From Clostridia bacterium (lineage in GTDB: Bacteria; Bacillota; Clostridia; UMGS1883), in contig JBJDXJ010000002.1 of NCBI GenBank assembly GCA_051866635.1, forward strand, positions 1 through 22,520: a stretch of DNA of 22,520 bases, in the 5' to 3' direction. The notes below the pieces were generated by a model, which worked only from the letters and a program-made list of their open reading frames with translations, was not told the DNA's origin and did not search any database. This document shows, one piece after another, positions 16,465-22,520 of the stretch; positions within the stretch are counted from its first letter, which is position 1; every line of letters starts with the position of its first letter. The translations under genes and the position numbers were made by a program.

Positions 16465-19400
16465 TTAATTCATTTTATATCCGCCCATATCGTAAACGGT
16501 AACACGTTCCTTTGTTTCGGAATCAATAAATGCCCAACTGCTTCCATGGTCGTGACCGTAGAAGTATACAAGATTAGGATAATCCTTAAATATATCAATC
16601 AGCCTGTATGTACAATCCGTTCCCATACCCTTACTGCTTTTTATTATGTTGTTTGAATTGTTAAGTGGAAAATGACCTGTAATAAACACAGTTTTGTCAC
16701 TGCCTATTTCCTTTAGCTTTTCTTCAATCCAATCCATTGCACCTTCTGTGTACTGGTAATTTGAATACTGCAAGTTTCCACGCATCATGTCAGGTGATGT
16801 GCTAAGTCCCATAAAGTATATATCACCCTGTTTGTAACAGTATGCAATGAGGACATCCCCTTCATAATATTCACTGGTTTCAAAATAACCGTTGCCATTA
16901 CTTTCTAAGTTCCCGTTATTTTCTTTCATGTACCACTCATAATAGTTAGCACTGTTGTAGTTGTCCCTTTCCCCTGCGTTGTAGTCATGGTTGCCTGCAA
17001 CTATGTAAATATTAGGTGAAATATTTTCCTTCAAAATACCCAAGACTGTTTCTACAACATATTTACATCTTTCCTCTGTTACAGATGATGAATACGTCAA
17101 ATCACCGCCAATCATAACAGCGTCAAATTTTGTACCCTTTAAGTCTTCAATCATTTTTGTAAATACCCCTCTTACAGGTTCATAGCTTTCATCTGCCAGA
17201 AGATATTTTCCTATCTGATAGTCACCTAAAAGAAGCACACGCATAGAAGGTTCTTTTGTATTACTGTCATCACCGTTAGATCTTATTATTGTATAAGGCG
17301 TGGGATTTTCCATTGTGCCTGTATATTCACCGTAGTTTCTCGTATTAAGCACAATTCTGTCCGAATACACTTCCATTACTGTAACCTGTACAATGCCCGG
17401 GTCATCATCGGTAATAGATGAATTATAGTCATTTGAATAATAAGCAAAGGAGCCCATAAAGCTTGTTGTAAAACTTCTTTCATAGTCTTGGTCAAAGTGA
17501 ACAGCCACAAAGGAGGGGACTAACATTTCGTCAATCATCATAAGTTTCATATTGTCCTTTTCTTCCAGCAAAAGAGTAAATCTTTCACCTTCTGTATATG
17601 AAAGCTCAATTGTTTCCCTGCCCTTGTAAATTCCGTCTTCATATGAAACATAATATGCCGTACTTGAAGAAGTTTCGTTAGCCTGAAGTATAACATTCTT
17701 TACTCCGTCCTCACCCATAAATGAACGGATAAAGCTTACCTTTTCACAATCGCCCCATGTAAGGTTTCCGATTATAAATTCTCCGGCACTACTTGAAGCA
17801 CCGCCACGTGCCAGACACTGACCTATATTTGTCATTTCAATGCCATTTGACCGGAAGGATGCATTTTCGCAAATAACCGTTCCGTGATATGAACCCTTTT
17901 GATATAAATATGCACTGTATGTCTTATTTTCAAAGTCTGCCAGTATTCTTACAGAATATACGATATTTCTTGAATAGAAAGCATTGCTCCGCAAATATCC
18001 TTCACTGCCAGAATAATACTGCACTCTGCCGTCGGTATACAATCTTAAAGCTATGCCACAGCTGTTCCATGCATCAACTGTATTATTATCACCGCTAAAG
18101 GCAATCACACCGTCAATACGGCTTGCCAAAGGCAGTAAATCAAAAGTAATTTCAGCCTTACTGCTGCTTGTTGCTTTCTTTTTAATTGTCGTAAAATCTG
18201 CCGTGCTGAAATATCCTTCCAGATAGTTCAGGTTTTCAGTGACAGCTACAACTGCCTTAATATTTACACATTGGGAAATTGTTCCCAAAACTTCAAATTC
18301 TCTTCCCTCTTTTTCGTAAAGGGAGGCTTCAACCTCTTCCCAAACTGCTTCGGCTTTAATATTTTTACCGTTAACCTTTATGGTTACGGATTTATCCAGC
18401 TCAGGTGCCACATGATGAGGTGTACTTTCGTAAATCACCAAATCTTCAATTTCCACAACCCTGTCGTAAACAAGGTTAATAACATTTTCTTCCTTGTTTG
18501 ATGACAGAGAGCTAATCGTGCCCTCACCTTTTGCATATACATATAAATCATCTTCCCACTTGACAAAAACGGGATAATCATAAGTATACGAAGCACCCTG
18601 CGGTAAATTATCAACCACATGGGAAAACATATTGTTTCCGTCTGCATCAATGTAGTTTACAACCACACCGCACTCAAGTTTTTCTGCTTTAAAAAGACCT
18701 ACAGCATCAAGATAAACCGACGAAACATTATATCCGTCAAATTCAAACCTGTCGCCCTCTTTTGCATCAAACACATAGCTGAACTTTTTCCAATCGGAGC
18801 CTATTACATCATTGTTAAAGGAATGAATTACTTCCCCATTCAGCCTGATTTCTAAGTTTCGCTTGTCGCTTGTGGTTCTTCTTGCGTAATATGAAAAATA
18901 ATATGTACCTTCACTTAAGGTCACAAACTGGTTAAAGGAGGAATGATTGTTATAAGCATCGGAATATCTTACACGCATGCTTACCTTACCTGTAACCTGT
19001 CTGTCACTATTTATTTCAAAGCATCCGTTAGTTGCATTATTTATGCCACTGCCGGTGCTTCCCGTAATTGTTGATTCCCATGAATAAATAAATGGGTATG
19101 TTTCTCCGTCGTCACGGTTATCAGTTTCATAATATTCAAAGCTTGCGTTTTTTATAAGGTTTTTGCCCAAAACCTTCACCTGACCGCCATCCATATCCGA
19201 AAGCTTTTCACCTATCACTTCAACTGTAAAACTTTCAGTATCACCGCTATTGTAATGGGCGGTTATTGTGTCAATATCTCCCACTTCGGGACGGGTATAT
19301 ACGCCGTCTGTTACAAAGCCTTTAGTATCTGTCCAATATCCGTCAATTTGGGGAAGAGAATCGTAAATGACATAATCATTTATAAAAAGCTCACTTCCCG

Positions 19401-20133
19401 CATTTTTTGGGGACACTTCATAAAGCACAATATCGTCAATAAGCGTGGGGCTACTTTCTGACCCTTTCAGGTACCTACAGTTTAACATAAAGTATTTTGC
19501 ATCACTTTTTGCCACCATGTACCCATCAATGGTGTGCCATCCGCCGCTTGTTACAACAGGTGCATTGTTATCAATGACCTCATCACTGTCTAAAAGTGTT
19601 TCTGCCGCAGCATAATCAGGGTATCTGCCACCGTATTCGGTAGCGGAATAAATTGACCAGAACTGCTTTGTTTTTGTTGCGTTCCACGCAATACGTATTG
19701 TCTGGGCGGTATCTGTATACACCTTCATGGAAAAGTAATACATCTTTTCCTTTCCAATAACGTCACCCTCATTAAGGGGGACAAATGTCAGCATTGAGCC
19801 TGTGCTTTTACTTCCCAAATCGCCCAGTGCTTCAACATAGCCATTTTCGTTGTATCGCCAATAACTGCTCGCTTCACTTAGCGTAGTTTCTTTATCGCCC
19901 TCTACCAAATATCCGCCTGTAGTGAAATGTTCAAGGCTTTCTTCGCTGTCAAAACTTCCCCATCCGCCAAATAAATCCTCAGATTCACAGTTAAAGATTA
20001 ATTCTTCACCGCTGTCTGTAATGTAGAGTAGTTCATTTGCATGGTCGTTTTCTGCCAATATGGGAATATTCACGCAGGCAAACAGCATAACACATGTCAA
20101 AAATACCGATAAACACTTTTTCATTTTCCTCAT
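16465..20133 (-). CDS. Large secreted multidomain protein with a C-terminal calcineurin-like metallophosphoesterase
   Basis: Signal peptide; NLIKNASFE CBM-like domain; MucBP-like and Ig-like segments; GDYQ, GGDLT, AGNHD, GHFP, YGHDH motifs; start may be ATG 20124. Confidence 0.8.
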   Translation of the reverse strand: MRKMKKCLSVFLTCVMLFACVNIPILAENDHANELLYITDSGEELIFNCESEDLFGGWGSFDSEESLEHFTTGGYLVEGDKETTLSEASSYWRYNENGYVEALGDLGSKSTGSMLTFVPLNEGDVIGKEKMYYFSMKVYTDTAQTIRIAWNATKTKQFWSIYSATEYGGRYPDYAAAETLLDSDEVIDNNAPVVTSGGWHTIDGYMVAKSDAKYFMLNCRYLKGSESSPTLIDDIVLYEVSPKNAGSELFINDYVIYDSLPQIDGYWTDTKGFVTDGVYTRPEVGDIDTITAHYNSGDTESFTVEVIGEKLSDMDGGQVKVLGKNLIKNASFEYYETDNRDDGETYPFIYSWESTITGSTGSGINNATNGCFEINSDRQVTGKVSMRVRYSDAYNNHSSFNQFVTLSEGTYYFSYYARRTTSDKRNLEIRLNGEVIHSFNNDVIGSDWKKFSYVFDAKEGDRFEFDGYNVSSVYLDAVGLFKAEKLECGVVVNYIDADGNNMFSHVVDNLPQGASYTYDYPVFVKWEDDLYVYAKGEGTISSLSSNKEENVINLVYDRVVEIEDLVIYESTPHHVAPELDKSVTIKVNGKNIKAEAVWEEVEASLYEKEGREFEVLGTISQCVNIKAVVAVTENLNYLEGYFSTADFTTIKKKATSSSKAEITFDLLPLASRIDGVIAFSGDNNTVDAWNSCGIALRLYTDGRVQYYSGSEGYLRSNAFYSRNIVYSVRILADFENKTYSAYLYQKGSYHGTVICENASFRSNGIEMTNIGQCLARGGASSSAGEFIIGNLTWGDCEKVSFIRSFMGEDGVKNVILQANETSSSTAYYVSYEDGIYKGRETIELSYTEGERFTLLLEEKDNMKLMMIDEMLVPSFVAVHFDQDYERSFTTSFMGSFAYYSNDYNSSITDDDPGIVQVTVMEVYSDRIVLNTRNYGEYTGTMENPTPYTIIRSNGDDSNTKEPSMRVLLLGDYQIGKYLLADESYEPVRGVFTKMIEDLKGTKFDAVMIGGDLTYSSSVTEERCKYVVETVLGILKENISPNIYIVAGNHDYNAGERDNYNSANYYEWYMKENNGNLESNGNGYFETSEYYEGDVLIAYCYKQGDIYFMGLSTSPDMMRGNLQYSNYQYTEGAMDWIEEKLKEIGSDKTVFITGHFPLNNSNNIIKSSKGMGTDCTYRLIDIFKDYPNLVYFYGHDHGSSWAFIDSETKERVTVYDMGGYKMN

Positions 20134-20148
20134 CCTTTTTATTTATAA

Positions 20149-21006
20149 TTATACACTTCTGAAACCTCGTCCCACAATTTCGCTTGTGGTAGTAATAATT
20201 GTAAAGGCACTTGGGTCAATTTCCTTAATCCTGTACCTTAATCTTATTGCTTCAATTCGCTTACACACAGTATGTATCATAACCTTATCGCTGTTTGAAA
20301 AACTGCCCACCGCCCGTGTAACTGTTGAGGAACGGTGCAATTCTTCCATTATGTATTCATTGATTAAATCAGGCTTGTCCGTAATAACAATAAAATATTT
20401 ACAGCTGTTGATATTATCAATAATCGAATCCACCAAAAAAGCCTTTGCAAACAGACCCGCCATTGAAAAAAGCCCTGTTTCAACATTGAAAATAAAAAAT
20501 GTTGACCCTGCAATGAAAAAATCCACCACAAGCAAAGCCTTTCCCACATCAAGTTTTGTATACTTCTTAAGAATTAATGCGGCAATATCAGTACCGCCCG
20601 AAGATGCACCGCTGTTAAATATAATTGCCGACCCCACGGCAGTAAGAAGCATTGCATATACAAGCTCCAAAAGGGGCTGGTCAGTCAAGGGCTTATCTAT
20701 AGGCACAATAAACTCTAATGCGTATGTTAAAAATGAAAAAAGCAAGCTACAGTAAATTGTCCTGACAATTTTGTTTTTCCCTAAAAATACAAACCCCAAA
20801 ACCAATAACGCTATATTTATAATCAAAATCCAGCTACCTGATGAAACATTCGGCACAATCTTTCCCAGTATTGTACCGATACCGCTTACACCGCCTGTTG
20901 CAAACCCGTTAGGTATTTTAAAAAAGTACACGCCTGCCGTAAGAAGCACAGTGCCTAAGGTAACATATAAATATCTTTTAATTTCTTTCAATATTTTACT
21001 TTTCAC
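20149..21006 (-). CDS. YitT family membrane protein (DUF2179 C-terminus)
   Basis: FATGGVSG, ASSGGTDI.A, IKEIDPSAF, EIVGRGF; the real start is likely GTG 21006 (GAGGTG RBS), since the upstream extension runs through a terminator. Confidence 0.87.
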   Translation of the reverse strand: MKSKILKEIKRYLYVTLGTVLLTAGVYFFKIPNGFATGGVSGIGTILGKIVPNVSSGSWILIINIALLVLGFVFLGKNKIVRTIYCSLLFSFLTYALEFIVPIDKPLTDQPLLELVYAMLLTAVGSAIIFNSGASSGGTDIAALILKKYTKLDVGKALLVVDFFIAGSTFFIFNVETGLFSMAGLFAKAFLVDSIIDNINSCKYFIVITDKPDLINEYIMEELHRSSTVTRAVGSFSNSDKVMIHTVCKRIEAIRLRYRIKEIDPSAFTIITTTSEIVGRGFRSV

Positions 21007-21079
21007 AAACACCACCTCTTCTCTTATTTTATCACATAGTGGGAAAAATACAATAGAAAAGATTTTGATATTCCTGATA

Positions 21080-21114
21080 AAAAATGTGGCAGTCTGTAAG
21101 ACCGCCACATTTTT
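21080..21114 (-). terminator. Intrinsic terminator of the zinc-ribbon gene
   Basis: AAAAATGTGGCAGTC-TGTAA-GACCGCCACATTTTT immediately after the stop at 21118. Confidence 0.75.
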
Positions 21115-21117
21115 CAA

Positions 21118-21669
21118 TCAACCGATTTCATCAATATCAATCTGATATCCTATAATTTCTCCTATTGATTTAACCTTTCCTTTTACAGTTACAACATCAC
21201 CAACGCTCTTTTCAAGAAGGAACGTCTTCTGATCGTCATTTTTTATATAACACATAGCCGTATCAAAATCCCACTCACTTGCATTTGTAGGCTTAATGCT
21301 TATATATTTTCCGTCGCTGTCAAAATTATTAATTCTGCCTTTAACTTCAACATATTTATCCTGATATTCACTTTCAGCCTTCATAGCATTATTTTTTAAG
21401 TCCTTAATCATCATGCCCAAATTAACAGCTTCATATTCAATTACATCTTCTGCCGCACTTGTGGCATTTTCCGTATCTACAGTTGTATTTGTAGTTTTAT
21501 TATCATTTCCACCGCTTGTACCGATAGCAATTATTACAACAACCACAATTGCCCAAAACCACCATTTTTTATAAATAGGCTTTTTGTTCTTTGCACCGCA
21601 ACCGGGACAAGTTTTTGCTGATTTAGCAATCTCATTTCCGCATGATGCACATTTAACCATTTTTCCCAT
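21118..21669 (-). CDS. Zinc-ribbon + single TM + OB-fold (tRNA_anti-like) membrane-anchored protein
   Basis: CASCG...CPGCG ribbon, KKPIYKKWWFW then TM helix, Thr/Asn linker, NAMKAESEYQDKYVEVKG...GDVVTVKG. Confidence 0.8.
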   Translation of the reverse strand: MGKMVKCASCGNEIAKSAKTCPGCGAKNKKPIYKKWWFWAIVVVVIIAIGTSGGNDNKTTNTTVDTENATSAAEDVIEYEAVNLGMMIKDLKNNAMKAESEYQDKYVEVKGRINNFDSDGKYISIKPTNASEWDFDTAMCYIKNDDQKTFLLEKSVGDVVTVKGKVKSIGEIIGYQIDIDEIG

Positions 21670-21717
21670 ATTCTGTTTCTCCTTTGTATAATCATTTTTG
21701 TACTTGCATACAATGAT

Positions 21718-21746
21718 ATTATACTCAATATTTTGAGTATTGTCAA
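21718..21746 (-). promoter_or_regulatory. Consensus sigmaA promoter with an embedded palindromic operator
   Basis: Minus strand TTGACA-17-TATAAT; palindrome ATACTCAA-TATT-TTGAGTAT at 21721-21740. Confidence 0.8.
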
Positions 21747-21782
21747 TAGATTAAGTATGATAGAATTATTTAGGTGATGAGA

Positions 21783-21983
21783 ATGATTAGTTATGCACCC
21801 TTTTATGAGACTCTGTTCAAAAAAGGAATTACTGAATATTATCTGATATTTAAGCAAGGTTTTTCTGCCAACACGCTTCACCGCATAAAAAAAGGTGAAG
21901 CAATCAGCACAAAAACACTTGACGCACTCTGTTACGTTCTTGATTGCGAAGTAGAAGATATAATTAAATTTGAAAAAGAATAG
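21783..21983 (+). CDS. Small Cro/C1-type (HTH_26-like) transcriptional regulator
   Basis: MISYAPF...TLHRIKKGEAISTKTLDALCYVLDCEVEDII; AGGTGA RBS favours ATG 21783. Confidence 0.85.
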   Translation: MISYAPFYETLFKKGITEYYLIFKQGFSANTLHRIKKGEAISTKTLDALCYVLDCEVEDIIKFEKE

Positions 21984-22020
21984 CACCCAATTCTGACTGA
22001 CAGAAAGATTGGGTGCTATT
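21979..22020 (+). terminator. Stem-loop terminator after the HTH gene
   Basis: AATAGCACCCAAT...ATTGGGTGCTATT, 13-bp perfect arms. Confidence 0.7.
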
Positions 22021-22113
22021 TTCATTTAGGAAACATAAAGGTTTCGTATTGCGGTATTTATGGAGGATATGTAAATCAACTCCTGACGGTCGTTATAACA
22101 TTTATGTCCATAA

Positions 22114-22287
22114 GTGAAATATCTCGCTTTGCTCGATGTGAAATAATTCCTGTCGAAATTGTGAAATTTGAAACAATTGTTTCAAGTGAAATGAAATACG
22201 CCCTTTAACATTTGCGAAGCAAATATTTCACAGCGAAGCTATTTCACAATGGTTACATTATTTCACACGCCGCAAGGCGTATTTCGT
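22114..22287. repeat. Bipartite heptamer/hairpin array (4x GTGAAAT, then 3x ATTTCAC plus a degenerate ATTTCGT)
   Basis: GTGAAAT at 22114, 22138, 22161, 22186; ATTTCAC at 22225, 22241, 22260; each spacer is a different short hairpin. Confidence 0.85.
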
Positions 22288-22289
22288 TG

Positions 22290-22326
22290 AAAAAACGGCA
22301 AATTCTGAAAGAATCTGCCGTTTTTT
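22290..22326 (-). terminator. Intrinsic terminator after tRNA-Cys
   Basis: AAAAAACGGCAAATTC-TGAAA-GAATCTGCCGTTTTTT adjacent to the tRNA CCA end. Confidence 0.75.
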
Positions 22327-22327
22327 C

Positions 22328-22401
22328 TGGAGGCGCCACCCAGATTCGAACTGGGGGTAAAGGCTTTGCAGGCCCGTGCCTTACCACTTGGCCATGGCGC
22401 C
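22328..22401 (-). tRNA. tRNA-Cys (GCA)
   Basis: Minus strand GGCGCCATGGCCAAGTGGTAAGGCACGGGCCT GCA AAGCCTTTACCCCCAGTTCGAATCTGGGTGGCGCCTCCA. Confidence 0.96.
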
Positions 22402-22434
22402 ATACTATATTATATTGTTCTTATGGATAAAATA

Positions 22435-22461
22435 TGCAAAAGACGCTAAACGTCTTTTGCA
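22435..22461 (-). terminator. Stem-loop between tRNA-Gly and tRNA-Cys
   Basis: TGCAAAAGACG-CTAAA-CGTCTTTTGCA, 11-bp perfect arms. Confidence 0.65.
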
Positions 22462-22466
22462 CATCC

Positions 22467-22520
22467 TGGAGCGGAAGACGAGATTCGAACTCGCGACGTT
22501 CACCTTGGCAAGGTGACGCT
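22467..22520 (-). tRNA. tRNA-Gly (GCC), 5' part outside the window
   Basis: Minus strand ...TCACC TT GCC AA GGTGA...GTTCGAATC...TTCCGCTCCA. Confidence 0.92.

Noticed and set aside
21007-21117. N-terminal extension of the yitT ORF
   Set aside because: Runs through a terminator hairpin and promoter-like sequence; a better RBS and start exist at 21006
20060-21145. 231-aa and 124-aa plus-strand ORFs over yitT
   Set aside because: Antisense shadows of a well-supported membrane protein gene
21534-22025. 163-aa minus-strand ORF spanning the HTH gene and promoter region
   Set aside because: Overlaps two better-supported genes and their regulatory region
22114-22287. CRISPR array interpretation of the heptamer repeats
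   Set aside because: Repeats are only 7 bp, orientation flips midway, spacers are 9-18 nt hairpins, and there are no cas genes
21118-22401. Integrated prophage/ICE at tRNA-Cys
   Set aside because: No integrase or structural genes, and no duplicated tRNA 3' end (att) noticed in the window
22212-22430. 72-aa ORF across the repeat array and tRNA-Cys
   Set aside because: Overlaps a tRNA on the opposite strand and a terminator; no RBS

Overview
AT-rich chromosomal window from an endospore-forming Firmicute, probably Clostridia (spoIVA, gpr, degV, yitT-like, SLH amidase). Gene order: spoIVA(-); AAA_14/DUF4143-type ATPase(-); a tightly coupled minus-strand operon of an unlisted 57-aa membrane peptide, an HD phosphohydrolase and a WYL regulator; MATE exporter(+); tRNA-Ser(GGA); gpr(-); ppx/gppA-trmL-trxA plus an ABC substrate-binding protein; a second substrate-binding protein with permease and ATPase; amidase-SLH(-); OFA-type MFS(+); degV(-); a 1222-aa secreted multidomain metallophosphoesterase(-); yitT-like(-); a divergent zinc-ribbon/OB-fold gene and Cro/C1 HTH pair; tRNA-Cys(GCA); and a partial tRNA-Gly(GCC). 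The most notable observations are: (1) a ~175-bp non-coding element 3' of tRNA-Cys built from two oppositely oriented arrays of GTGAAAT/ATTTCAC heptamers separated by variable mini-hairpins; (2) an apparently circularly permuted calcineurin-like phosphoesterase domain; (3) the membrane peptide-HD-WYL(-AAA ATPase) module; (4) a ~158-bp nested palindrome with IS-like ends; (5) a possible sporulation sigmaE-type promoter in front of tRNA-Cys. All family calls come from motif recognition by eye; no searches were run.
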